DNA of 64,000 bases from Eledone cirrhosa (GCA_964016885.1 OZ024740.1:323330001-323394000); one strand, 5' to 3'. Numbered from the stretch's first letter, positions 43,370 to 57,993 are shown. The notes: generated from the sequence alone by a model not told the origin. Made by a program: numbers and translations.

Positions 43370-45511
43370 TGTGTTATGATGATGATGATGGTGGTGGTGG
43401 TGGCAGTGGTAAAGGTGGTGGTGGTGATAGTGGTGGTGGTGGTGGCAGTGATGGCGGTGGTGGTGGCAGTGATGGCGGTGGTGTTGGTGGTGGTGGTGGT
43501 GATAGTGGTGGTGATGGTGGCAGTGGTGGCGGTGGTGGTGGTGGTGGTGATGGTGGCAGTGATGGCGGGGTGGTGTTGGTGGCAGTGATGGTGGTGGTGG
43601 GGGCGCGGGGGGAGGCAGTGATGGCAGTGGTGGTGGTGGTGGAGGTGGTGGTGATGGTGGTGGTGATGGTGGCAGTGATGGCGGTGGTGGTGGTGGTGGT
43701 GGTGGTGGTGGTGATGGTAGTGGTGTTGGTGGCAGTGATGGCGGTGGTGATGGTGGTGGTGACGGTGGTAGTGATGGCGATGGTGGTGGTGGAGGTGGTG
43801 GTGGTGATGGTGTTGGTGGCAGTGATGGCGGTGGTGGTGGTGGTGGTGGTGGTGGTGATGATGGTGGTGGTGCTGGTGGCAGTGATGGCGGTGGTGGTGG
43901 TGGTGGTGAAGATGGTGGTGGTGTTGGTGGCAGTGATGGCGGTGGTGGTGGTGGTGGTGGTGATGGTGGCGGTGTTGGTGGCAGTGATGGCGTGGTGGTG
44001 GTGGTGGTGGTGAAGATGGTGGTGGTGTTGGTGGCAGTGATGGCGGTGATGGTGGTGGTGTTGGTGGCAGTGATGGCGGTGGTGGTGGTGGTGGTGTTGG
44101 TGGCAGTGATGGCGGTGGTTGTGGTGGTGGTGGTGGTGGCAGTGATGGTGGCAGTGATGGCGGTAGTGGTGGTGGTGGTGATGGTGGTGGTGATGGTGGC
44201 GGTGATGGTGGTGGTGATAGTTGTAGTGGTGGTGGTAGCAGTGGTGGCAGTGATAGCGATGGTGGTAATGGTGTTGGTGGTGATAGTGGTGGTCGTCGTC
44301 GTCGTGGAGGTGGTAGTGGTGGTAGCAGCAGTGGCAGTAGTAGTGGTGGTAGTGGTGGTGGTGATGGTGGTGATGGCAGTGATGGCGGCGGTGGTGGTGG
44401 TGATAGTTGCGGTGGTGATAGTTGTGGTGGTGATGGTAGCAGTGGTGGCAGTGATAACGATGGTGGCAATGGTGTTGGTGGTGATGGTGACAGTGGTAGA
44501 GGTGGTCGTGGTGATAATGGTGGTGTTGATGGCAGTGATGGTGGTGGTGGCTATGATAGTCGTAGTGGTGATGGTAGCAGTGGTGGCAGTGGTGGCGATG
44601 GTGGTAGTGGTGATGGTGATAGTGATGGTGACGCTGATGACGATGGCTGTGGTAGTAGAGTGGTGGTGGTGATAGTGATGGTGATGGTGATGGTAATGGT
44701 AATGGTGATGATGGTGGCCGTGGTAGTGGTCAAGTTAGGTGACGTTGGTACTAGATGTGTTGATGGTGATGATGATGGTGGAAGTGGTAGTGGGGAGGTT
44801 GGGTGATGCTGGCGTTGGTTGATGTTAGTGCTAGATGTGTTGATGGTGATGATGATGGTAGTGGTGACGATAATGGCGGTAATGATGGTTGTAGTGATAG
44901 TGGTGGGGAATTCTAGCGTTGCGTGGTGGTGATGCTAGAGCTGTTGGTGGTGATGATGATGGTGGTGGTAGTGGTGGAATCGGTGGCGTTGGTGGTAGCG
45001 GTTGTCATAGTTATTAGGGGATGCTGACTTTGGAGGTGTTGGTGGTGATGATGGTGGTAGTAGTGGTGGCAACGGTGGCGTTGGTGGTAGTGGTTGTCAT
45101 AGTTATTAGGGGATGCTGGCTTTGGAGGTGTTGGTGGTGATGATGATGGTGGTAGTGGTGGCAACGGTGGCGTTGGTGGTAGTGGTTGTCATAGTTATTA
45201 GGGGATGCTGGCTTTGGAGGTGTTGGTGGTGATGATGATGGTGGTAGTGGTGGCAACGGTGGCGTTGGTGGTAGTGGTTGTCATAGTTGTTGGATGATAT
45301 TGGTGCTGGCGGTGTTGATGATGATGATGACGGTGGTAGTGGCGCACACCGGCGGTTAATGGTTGTAGAGGTGGCAGTGGTAATTGTGTGTGGATGCTGA
45401 GGCTGAAGGTGTTGATGGTGGTGATGGGGAGGTTGATGAAGACAATTAGGACGACATGCAATGGTGATGATGACAATGACGATGACGATGAAAACGGTGA
45501 CGATGATGATG

Positions 45512-45543
<32 letters not shown>

Positions 45544-45765
45544 GATGATGTTGATGATGATGATGATGTTGATGGTGAGTATGGTGATAATGATGATGAT
45601 GATGATGATGATGTTGATGGTGAGTATGGTGATAATGATGATGATGATAATGATTATGATGATGATGATGATTATGATGATTATGATGATGAAGATGATG
45701 ATGATGATGATGATTATGATGATGATGATGATAATGATCGTGGTGATGACGATGATTATGATGAA

Positions 45766-45796
<31 letters not shown>

Positions 45797-45838
45797 ATGA
45801 TGATGATGATGATAATGATCGTGGTGATGACGATGATT

Positions 45839-45896
<58 letters not shown>

Positions 45897-45980
45897 CGAC
45901 GATGAAGAAGAATGACGGTAATGATGATGGTGATGATGATGATGATGGTGATGGTGATGATGATGATGATGACAATATGA
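43370..45980. repeat. (GTG/GAT)n triplet low-complexity block with internal higher-order duplications
   Basis: ggtggt/gatgat runs; the ~93-bp unit gtcatagttattaggggatgctg recurs at ~45004, 45096 and 45188. Confidence 0.92.
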
Positions 45981-46195
45981 CGATGATTAAAGATATGGTA
46001 ATGGCGAGGACAGTCAACGCCAAATATGTTGGTGTCTTGTGCTTCTCTCTATATTTCTTCAACATTACTCTCACAGTTCCACCATTGATAAGGTTCTTTG
46101 AAGGAAAATATGTTGTGTTATTACAATAAAAACCGAAGCCAGCAAATAAAACAATTTTGCCACGCTATAAACACACACACACATATGTATGTATA

Positions 46196-46239
<44 letters not shown>

Positions 46240-46413
46240 CACATACATGCATATATGTATATATATATACATATATATGCACATATATATATATATAAAT
46301 ATATATATACATATATATATACATATATATGCACATATATATATATATATATAAATATATATATATACATATATATATATACATATATATATATATGTGT
46401 ATATATATACATA

Positions 46414-46460
<47 letters not shown>

Positions 46461-46500
46461 GTGTGTATGTGTATGTGTACATGCATGTATATATACAAAT

Positions 46501-46536
<36 letters not shown>

Positions 46537-46656
46537 CATACGTACTTTTATACAGACGGGCATATGTGTCCAAATAATGGCTATCGTCTCCATAAAACGA
46601 CGAATTGCTTATGATATTCGTGAAATGAAACGACAATGCAAATGCATAATAAAGAG

Positions 46657-46724
<68 letters not shown>

Positions 46725-46874
46725 GAGAGAGAGAGAGAGAGGGGGGGGAGAAAGAGAGAGAGAGAGTGAGTGAGAGAGAGACAAAGAGACAGATAGATGG
46801 ACAGATATATATATATATACATATATATAAACAAAAATATATATATATATACATATATATAAACATATATATAT

Positions 46875-49800
46875 ATTGGAATAAATGCTCTGAAATAGCG
46901 ATATATATGTGAATATAGACATAGAATATTCGAAAATATTCTGTATGTTTATAATAAACATTTTGAAGACCTAATCGCTATAGAATAGAATACGTCACGT
47001 ATTACAATTAGATTCTCGATAAAAGCAAGGGAAGTAATCTACGCGTTTCATTCTTGTTAGAAATCATCAGGACTACATATCCAGTGCTTTTATCGAGAAT
47101 GACACAGCTAGAGACTTATAGAATACTTAGCTGTGTACAGGAACTGGTTTGAAAGAGCGGTTGCCGGTCCGGCAGAAATTAGAAATTGGAATAAATGCTC
47201 TGAAATAGCGATATATATGTGAATATAGACATAGAATATTCGAAAATATTCTGTATGTTTATAATAAACATTTTGAAGACCTAATCGCTATAGAATAGAA
47301 TACGTCACGTATTACAATTAGATTCTCGATAAAAGCAAGGGAAGTAATCTACGCGTTTCATTCTTGTTAGAAATCATCAGGACTACATATCCAGTGCTTT
47401 TATCGAGAATGACACAGCTAGAGACTTATAGAATACTTAGCTGTGTACAGGAACTGGTTTGAAAGAGCGGTTGCCGGTCCGGCAGAAATTAGAAATTGGA
47501 ATAAATGCTCTGAAATAGCGATATATATGTGAATATAGACATAGAATATTCGAAAATATTCTGTATGTTTATAATAAACATTTTGAAGACCTAATCGCTA
47601 TAGAATAGAATACGTCACGTATTACAATTAGATTCTCGATAAAAGCAAGGGAAGTAATCTACGCGTTTCATTCTTGTTAGAAATCATCAGGACTACATAT
47701 CCAGTGCTTTTATCGAGAATGACACAGCTAGAGACTTATAGAATACTTAGCTGTGTACAGGAACTGGTTTGAAAGAGCGGTTGCCGGTCCGGCAGAAATT
47801 AGAAATTGGAATAAATGCTCTGAAATAGCGATATATATGTGAATATAGACATAGAATATTCGAAAATATTCTGTATGTTTATAATAAACATTTTGAAGAC
47901 CTAATCGCTATAGAATAGAATACGTCACGTATTACAATTAGATTCTCGATAAAAGCAAGGGAAGTAATCTACGCGTTTCATTCTTGTTAGAAATCATCAG
48001 GACTACATATCCAGTGCTTTTATCGAGAATGACACAGCTAGAGACTTATAGAATACTTAGCTGTGTACAGGAACTGGTTTGAAAGAGCGGTTGCCGGTCC
48101 GGCAGAAATTAGAAATTGGAATAAATGCTCTGAAATAGCGATATATATGTGAATATAGACATAGAATATTCGAAAATATTCTGTATGTTTATAATAAACA
48201 TTTTGAAGACCTAATCGCTATAGAATAGAATACGTCACGTATTACAATTAGATTCTCGATAAAAGCAAGGGAAGTAATCTACGCGTTTCATTCTTGTTAG
48301 AAATCATCAGGACTACATATCCAGTGCTTTTATCGAGAATGACACAGCTAGAGACTTATAGAATACTTAGCTGTGTACAGGAACTGGTTTGAAAGAGCGG
48401 TTGCCGGTCCGGCAGAAATTAGAAATTGGAATAAATGCTCTGAAATAGCGATATATATGTGAATATAGACATAGAATATTCGAAAATATTCTGTATGTTT
48501 ATAATAAACATTTTGAAGACCTAATCGCTATAGAATAGAATACGTCACGTATTACAATTAGATTCTCGATAAAAGCAAGGGAAGTAATCTACGCGTTTCA
48601 TTCTTGTTAGAAATCATCAGGACTACATATCCAGTGCTTTTATCGAGAATGACACAGCTAGAGACTTATAGAATACTTAGCTGTGTACAGGAACTGGTTT
48701 GAAAGAGCGGTTGCCGGTCCGGCAGAAATTAGAAATTGGAATAAATGCTCTGAAATAGCGATATATATGTGAATATAGACATAGAATATTCGAAAATATT
48801 CTGTATGTTTATAATAAACATTTTGAAGACCTAATCGCTATAGAATAGAATACGTCACGTATTACAATTAGATTCTCGATAAAAGCAAGGGAAGTAATCT
48901 ACGCGTTTCATTCTTGTTAGAAATCATCAGGACTACATATCCAGTGCTTTTATCGAGAATGACACAGCTAGAGACTTATAGAATACTTAGCTGTGTACAG
49001 GAACTGGTTTGAAAGAGCGGTTGCCGGTCCGGCAGAAATTAGAAATTGGAATAAATGCTCTGAAATAGCGATATATATGTGAATATAGACATAGAATATT
49101 CGAAAATATTCTGTATGTTTATAATAAACATTTTGAAGACCTAATCGCTATAGAATAGAATACGTCACGTATTACAATTAGATTCTCGATAAAAGCAAGG
49201 GAAGTAATCTACGCGTTTCATTCTTGTTAGAAATCATCAGGACTACATATCCAGTGCTTTTATCGAGAATGACACAGCTAGAGACTTATAGAATACTTAG
49301 CTGTGTACAGGAACTGGTTTGAAAGAGCGGTTGCCGGTCCGGCAGAAATTAGAAATTGGAATAAATGCTCTGAAATAGCGATATATATGTGAATATAGAC
49401 ATAGAATATTCGAAAATATTCTGTATGTTTATAATAAACATTTTGAAGACCTAATCGCTATAGAATAGAATACGTCACGTATTACAATTAGATTCTCGAT
49501 AAAAGCAAGGGAAGTAATCTACGCGTTTCATTCTTGTTAGAAATCATCAGGACTACATATCCAGTGCTTTTATCGAGAATGACACAGCTAGAGACTTATA
49601 GAATACTTAGCTGTGTACAGGAACTGGTTTGAAAGAGCGGTTGCCGGTCCGGCAGAAATTAGAAATTGGAATAAATGCTCTGAAATAGCGATATATATGT
49701 GAATATAGACATAGAATATTCGAAAATATTCTGTATGTTTATAATAAACATTTTGAAGACCTAATCGCTATAGAATAGAATACGTCACGTATTACAATTA

Positions 49801-51326
49801 GATTCTCGATAAAAGCAAGGGAAGTAATCTACGCGTTTCATTCTTGTTAGAAATCATCAGGACTACATATCCAGTGCTTTTATCGAGAATGACACAGCTA
49901 GAGACTTATAGAATACTTAGCTGTGTACAGGAACTGGTTTGAAAGAGCGGTTGCCGGTCCGGCAGAAATTAGAAATTGGAATAAATGCTCTGAAATAGCG
50001 ATATATATGTGAATATAGACATAGAATATTCGAAAATATTCTGTATGTTTATAATAAACATTTTGAAGACCTAATCGCTATAGAATAGAATACGTCACGT
50101 ATTACAATTAGATTCTCGATAAAAGCAAGGGAAGTAATCTACGCGTTTCATTCTTGTTAGAAATCATCAGGACTACATATCCAGTGCTTTTATCGAGAAT
50201 GACACAGCTAGAGACTTATAGAATACTTAGCTGTGTACAGGAACTGGTTTGAAAGAGCGGTTGCCGGTCCGGCAGAAATTAGAAATTGGAATAAATGCTC
50301 TGAAATAGCGATATATATGTGAATATAGACATAGAATATTCGAAAATATTCTGTATGTTTATAATAAACATTTTGAAGACCTAATCGCTATAGAATAGAA
50401 TACGTCACGTATTACAATTAGATTCTCGATAAAAGCAAGGGAAGTAATCTACGCGTTTCATTCTTGTTAGAAATCATCAGGACTACATATCCAGTGCTTT
50501 TATCGAGAATGACACAGCTAGAGACTTATAGAATACTTAGCTGTGTACAGGAACTGGTTTGAAAGAGCGGTTGCCGGTCCGGCAGAAATTAGAAATTGGA
50601 ATAAATGCTCTGAAATAGCGATATATATGTGAATATAGACATAGAATATTCGAAAATATTCTGTATGTTTATAATAAACATTTTGAAGACCTAATCGCTA
50701 TAGAATAGAATACGTCACGTATTACAATTAGATTCTCGATAAAAGCAAGGGAAGTAATCTACGCGTTTCATTCTTGTTAGAAATCATCAGGACTACATAT
50801 CCAGTGCTTTTATCGAGAATGACACAGCTAGAGACTTATAGAATACTTAGCTGTGTACAGGAACTGGTTTGAAAGAGCGGTTGCCGGTCCGGCAGAAATT
50901 AGAAATTGGAATAAATGCTCTGAAATAGCGATATATATGTGAATATAGACATAGAATATTCGAAAATATTCTGTATGTTTATAATAAACATTTTGAAGAC
51001 CTAATCGCTATAGAATAGAATACGTCACGTATTACAATTAGATTCTCGATAAAAGCAAGGGAAGTAATCTACGCGTTTCATTCTTGTTAGAAATCATCAG
51101 GACTACATATCCAGTGCTTTTATCGAGAATGACACAGCTAGAGACTTATAGAATACTTAGCTGTGTACAGGAACTGGTTTGAAAGAGCGGTTGCCGGTCC
51201 GGCAGAAATTAGAAATTGGAATAAATGCTCTGAAATAGCGATATATATGTGAATATAGACATAGAATATTCGAAAATATTCTGTATGTTTATAATAAACA
51301 TTTTGAAGACCTAATCGCTATAGAAT
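46875..51326 (-). repeat. Left arm of palindromic 310-bp tandem array (~14.4 monomers), hammerhead sense on minus strand
   Basis: attggaataaatgctc recurs at 46875, 47185, 47495, etc. (period 310). No differences between monomers seen by eye. Ends at ...ctaatcgctatagaat (51326). Confidence 0.97.
47034..47076 (-). ncRNA. Minimal type I hammerhead ribozyme (representative of 14 minus-strand copies at 47034+310k)
   Basis: gtaatctacgcgtttcattcttgttagaaatcatcaggactac is the exact reverse complement of the plus-strand hammerhead motif. Confidence 0.88.
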
Positions 51327-54300
51327 GCTATTTCAGAGCATTTATTCCAATTTCTAATTTCTGCCGGACCGGCAACCGCTCTTTCAAACCAGTTCCTGTA
51401 CACAGCTAAGTATTCTATAAGTCTCTAGCTGTGTCATTCTCGATAAAAGCACTGGATATGTAGTCCTGATGATTTCCAACAAGAATGAAACGCGTAGATT
51501 ACTTCCCTTGCTTTTATCGAGAATCTAATTGTAATACGTGACGTATTCTATTCTATAGCGATTAGGTCTTCAAAATGTTTATTATAAACATACAGAATAT
51601 TTTCGAATATTCTATGTCTATATTCACATATATATCGCTATTTCAGAGCATTTATTCCAATTTCTAATTTCTGCCGGACCGGCAACCGCTCTTTCAAACC
51701 AGTTCCTGTACACAGCTAAGTATTCTATAAGTCTCTAGCTGTGTCATTCTCGATAAAAGCACTGGATATGTAGTCCTGATGATTTCTAACAAGAATGAAA
51801 CGCGTAGATTACTTCCCTTGCTTTTATCGAGAATCTAATTGTAATACGTGACGTATTCTATTCTATAGCGATTAGGTCTTCAAAATGTTTATTATAAACA
51901 TACAGAATATTTTCGAATATTCTATGTCTATATTCACATATATATCGCTATTTCAGAGCATTTATTCCAATTTCTAATTTCTGCCGGACCGGCAACCGCT
52001 CTTTCAAACCAGTTCCTGTACACAGCTAAGTATTCTATAAGTCTCTAGCTGTGTCATTCTCGATAAAAGCACTGGATATGTAGTCCTGATGATTTCTAAC
52101 AAGAATGAAACGCGTAGATTACTTCCCTTGCTTTTATCGAGAATCTAATTGTAATACGTGACGTATTCTATTCTATAGCGATTAGGTCTTCAAAATGTTT
52201 ATTATAAACATACAGAATATTTTCGAATATTCTATGTCTATATTCACATATATATCGCTATTTCAGAGCATTTATTCCAATTTCTAATTTCTGCCGGACC
52301 GGCAACCGCTCTTTCAAACCAGTTCCTGTACACAGCTAAGTATTCTATAAGTCTCTAGCTGTGTCATTCTCGATAAAAGCACTGGATATGTAGTCCTGAT
52401 GATTTCTAACAAGAATGAAACGCGTAGATTACTTCCCTTGCTTTTATCGAGAATCTAATTGTAATACGTGACGTATTCTATTCTATAGCGATTAGGTCTT
52501 CAAAATGTTTATTATAAACATACAGAATATTTTCGAATATTCTATGTCTATATTCACATATATATCGCTATTTCAGAGCATTTATTCCAATTTCTAATTT
52601 CTGCCGGACCGGCAACCGCTCTTTCAAACCAGTTCCTGTACACAGCTAAGTATTCTATAAGTCTCTAGCTGTGTCATTCTCGATAAAAGCACTGGATATG
52701 TAGTCCTGATGATTTCTAACAAGAATGAAACGCGTAGATTACTTCCCTTGCTTTTATCGAGAATCTAATTGTAATACGTGACGTATTCTATTCTATAGCG
52801 ATTAGGTCTTCAAAATGTTTATTATAAACATACAGAATATTTTCGAATATTCTATGTCTATATTCACATATATATCGCTATTTCAGAGCATTTATTCCAA
52901 TTTCTAATTTCTGCCGGACCGGCAACCGCTCTTTCAAACCAGTTCCTGTACACAGCTAAGTATTCTATAAGTCTCTAGCTGTGTCATTCTCGATAAAAGC
53001 ACTGGATATGTAGTCCTGATGATTTCTAACAAGAATGAAACGCGTAGATTACTTCCCTTGCTTTTATCGAGAATCTAATTGTAATACGTGACGTATTCTA
53101 TTCTATAGCGATTAGGTCTTCAAAATGTTTATTATAAACATACAGAATATTTTCGAATATTCTATGTCTATATTCACATATATATCGCTATTTCAGAGCA
53201 TTTATTCCAATTTCTAATTTCTGCCGGACCGGCAACCGCTCTTTCAAACCAGTTCCTGTACACAGCTAAGTATTCTATAAGTCTCTAGCTGTGTCATTCT
53301 CGATAAAAGCACTGGATATGTAGTCCTGATGATTTCTAACAAGAATGAAACGCGTAGATTACTTCCCTTGCTTTTATCGAGAATCTAATTGTAATACGTG
53401 ACGTATTCTATTCTATGGCGATTAGGTCTTCAAAATGTTTATTATAAACATACAGAATATTTTCGAATATTCTATGTCTATATTCACATATATATCGCTA
53501 TTTCAGAGCATTTATTCCAATTTCTAATTTCTGCCGGACCGGCAACCGCTCTTTCAAACCAGTTCCTGTACACAGCTAAGTATTCTATAAGTCTCTAGCT
53601 GTGTCATTCTCGATAAAAGCACTGGATATGTAGTCCTGATGATTTCTAACAAGAATGAAACGCGTAGATTACTTCCCTTGCTTTTATCGAGAATCTAATT
53701 GTAATACGTGACGTATTCTATTCTATAGCGATTAGGTCCTCAAAATGTTTATTATAAACATACAGAATATTTTCGAATATTCTATGTCTATATTCACATA
53801 TATATCGCTATTTCAGAGCATTTATTCCAATTTCTAATTTCTGCCGGACCGGCAACCGCTCTTTCAAACCAGTTCCTGTACACAGCTAAGTATTCTATAA
53901 GTCTCTAGCTGTGTCATTCTCGATAAAAGCACTGGATATGTAGTCCTGATGATTTCTAACAAGAATGAAACGCGTAGATTACTTCCCTTGCTTTTATCGA
54001 GAATCTAATTGTAATACGTGACGTATTCTATTCTATAGCGATTAGGTCTTCAAAATGTTTATTATAAACATACAGAATATTTTCGAATATTCTATGTCTA
54101 TATTCACATATATATCGCTATTTCAGAGCATTTATTCCAATTTCTAATTTCTGCCGGACCGGCAACCGCTCTTTCAAACCAGTTCCTGTACACAGCTAAG
54201 TATTCTATAAGTCTCTAGCTGTGTCATTCTCGATAAAAGCACTGGATATGTAGTCCTGATGATTTCTAACAAGAATGAAACGCGTAGATTACTTCCCTTG

Positions 54301-55966
54301 CTTTTATCGAGAATCTAATTGTAATACGTGACGTATTCTATTCTATAGCGATTAGGTCTTCAAAATGTTTATTATAAACATACAGAATATTTTCGAATAT
54401 TCTATGTCTATATTCACATATATATCGCTATTTCAGAGCATTTATTCCAATTTCTAATTTCTGCCGGACCGGCAACCGCTCTTTCAAACCAGTTCCTGTA
54501 CACAGCTAAGTATTCTATAAGTCTCTAGCTGTGTCATTCTCGATAAAAGCACTGGATATGTAGTCCTGATGATTTCTAACAAGAATGAAACGCGTAGATT
54601 ACTTCCCTTGCTTTTATCGAGAATCTAATTGTAATACGTGACGTATTCTATTCTATAGCGATTAGGTCTTCAAAATGTTTATTATAAACATACAGAATAT
54701 TTTCGAATATTCTATGTCTATATTCACATATATATCGCTATTTCAGAGCATTTATTCCAATTTCTAATTTCTGCCGGACCGGCAACCGCTCTTTCAAACC
54801 AGTTCCTGTACACAGCTAAGTATTCTATAAGTCTCTAGCTGTGTCATTCTCGATAAAAGCACTGGATATGTAGTCCTGATGATTTCTAACAAGAATGAAA
54901 CGCGTAGATTACTTCCCTTGCTTTTATCGAGAATCTAATTGTAATACGTGACGTATTCTATTCTATAGCGATTAGGTCTTCAAAATGTTTATTATAAACA
55001 TACAGAATATTTTCGAATATTCTATGTCTATATTCACATATATATCGCTATTTCAGAGCATTTATTCCAATTTCTAATTTCTGCCGGACCGGCAACCGCT
55101 CTTTCAAACCAGTTCCTGTACACAGCTAAGTATTCTATAAGTCTCTAGCTGTGTCATTCTCGATAAAAGCACTGGATATGTAGTCCTGATGATTTCTAAC
55201 AAGAATGAAACGCGTAGATTACTTCCCTTGCTTTTATCGAGAATCTAATTGTAATACGTGACGTATTCTATTCTATAGCGATTAGGTCTTCAAAATGTTT
55301 ATTATAAACATACAGAATATTTTCGAATATTCTATGTCTATATTCACATATATATCGCTATTTCAGAGCATTTATTCCAATTTCTAATTTCTGCCGGACC
55401 GGCAACCGCTCTTTCAAACCAGTTCCTGTACACAGCTAAGTATTCTATAAGTCTCTAGCTGTGTCATTCTCGATAAAAGCACTGGATATGTAGTCCTGAT
55501 GATTTCTAACAAGAATGAAACGCGTAGATTACTTCCCTTGCTTTTATCGAGAATCTAATTGTAATACGTGACGTATTCTATTCTATAGCGATTAGGTCTT
55601 CAAAATGTTTATTATAAACATACAGAATATTTTCGAATATTCTATGTCTATATTCACATATATATCGCTATTTCAGAGCATTTATTCCAATTTCTAATTT
55701 CTGCCGGACCGGCAACCGCTCTTTCAAACCAGTTCCTGTACACAGCTAAGTATTCTATAAGTCTCTAGCTGTGTCATTCTCGATAAAAGCACTGGATATG
55801 TAGTCCTGATGATTTCTAACAAGAATGAAACGCGTAGATTACTTCCCTTGCTTTTATCGAGAATCTAATTGTAATACGTGACGTATTCTATTCTATAGCG
55901 ATTAGGTCTTCAAAATGTTTATTATAAACATACAGAATATTTTCGAATATTCTATGTCTATATTCA
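51327..55966 (+). repeat. Right arm of palindromic 310-bp tandem array (~15 monomers), reverse complement of left arm
   Basis: Starts gctatttcagagcatttattccaat, the reverse complement of the left monomer. Period 310. Only three substitutions noticed (51477, 53417, 53739). Confidence 0.97.
51770..51812 (+). ncRNA. Minimal type I hammerhead ribozyme (representative of 15 plus-strand copies at 51460+310k)
   Basis: gtagtc-CTGATGA-t-ttct-aaca-agaa-t-GAAA-cgcg-TA-gattac. Stem I gtagtc/gattac, stem II ttct/agaa, palindromic stem III ACGCGT, GUA cleavage triplet. Stem I is extended by a 16-bp helix attctcgataaaagca/tgcttttatcgagaat. Confidence 0.88.
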
Positions 55967-56038
55967 TATATATATATGTATATGTATATACATATAATTT
56001 TGCCACGCTATAAACACACACACACATATGTATGTATA

Positions 56039-56166
<128 letters not shown>

Positions 56167-56816
56167 ATGTATATATATACATATATATATACATATATAT
56201 CTATAAACATATATATATGTGTATATATATATATATATACATTTACATATGTATATATATATATACTAACGAACGGATTTATAAGACTACTTCTTTAGTA
56301 TGTTGAAGATTCTTTGAAGAAGAAGAAGAAAATAAAGAAGAAACAAGAAAAAAAGAAATCAAATAAAAAATAAAAAAAAAGAAGAAAATGTAAAGTAGAG
56401 AAAGAGGAAAAGTATGAATGAATGTATGAAAGAAGCAAATTATTACCAGTGTTGCGCATTAGTGGTTATTTCACCATATATCGGTATCGATCTGGCGTTA
56501 ATGATCTTATTAAGTGCTCCATTGAGTACATTGTTCGATCTCATCAGATAGACATACTACTTCGATCTTCAATTTAGAATATTTCCTGTTGCTATTTTCA
56601 CACTCCTCCTAATAACTACAAATCGAAAACTACCGAATAATCGATTTTCTTCTTCTTCTTCTTCTTCTTCTTCTTCTTCTTCTTCTTCTTCTTCTTCTTC
56701 TTCTTCTTCTTCTTCTCCCAACACATTGTGTTTTTATCGCCATTTTCCAATACAAACACATATAAATTCTGACACTCACATACACACAGACACACTCCCA
56801 AACACACACTCTCACA

Positions 56817-56870
<54 letters not shown>

Positions 56871-56907
56871 CATGCTTATTTATATACATATACAGGTATA
56901 TAAATAC

Positions 56908-56952
<45 letters not shown>

Positions 56953-57008
56953 TATATGTATATATCTATACACATATGTACATATATATATATATACATA
57001 TATGTATA

Positions 57009-57071
<63 letters not shown>

Positions 57072-57092
57072 GTATATATATGTATATATATG

Positions 57093-57125
<33 letters not shown>

Positions 57126-57142
57126 GTATATATATATATATG

Positions 57143-57173
<31 letters not shown>

Positions 57174-57203
57174 GTGTGTGTGCGTGTGAGTGTGTGTATA
57201 TAC

Positions 57204-57237
<34 letters not shown>

Positions 57238-57606
57238 ACATGTGTACGTGTGCTATTGATTTTCAGTTGTAGTCTATTTAGTTCTTTAGTTCCAGTGTTT
57301 CCATCCATCTTAGCTTCCAGTCATCATCTTAATTTCCTTCTTAAGAGATGTTTGGCATTGTTTAATCAACCCGTTTATATACGTGTATATATATAGTATA
57401 TACATACATGCTCTACACATAGACGTATATCCAATGATATATTCACACATATATACATATATCTACTTCTATCTGTATACAAATACTCGTGCACATAATT
57501 GCGAAAATAACTCTCCTTTCCCACTTGTATATTTCTATTTCTATTTGTATTGGCATGGCTATATATATATATATATATATATTTATGTATGTGTGTGTCC
57601 CTGTGC

Positions 57607-57701
<95 letters not shown>

Positions 57702-57774
57702 ATATGCATGTATGTATATGTATATATATATATACACACATATATATATATATATATATGTATGTATATATATT

Positions 57775-57808
<34 letters not shown>

Positions 57809-57886
57809 TATATATATATATTTGTATATATGTATGTATATATATATATATAAATAATTATATGTATATGTATATATGCGTACGTA

Positions 57887-57936
<50 letters not shown>

Positions 57937-57993
57937 TACATATATACATACATATATATATACATATATATATATAGACATATATATATAGAC

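Noticed and set aside
43360-46129. Pro/His/Val/Asp homopolymer ORFs
   Set aside because: Triplet microsatellites open in several frames on both strands.
46875-55966. CRISPR array or plain centromeric satellite
   Set aside because: No unique spacers and no cas genes. The monomers are identical and contain a hammerhead fold, which explains them better than an ordinary satellite.
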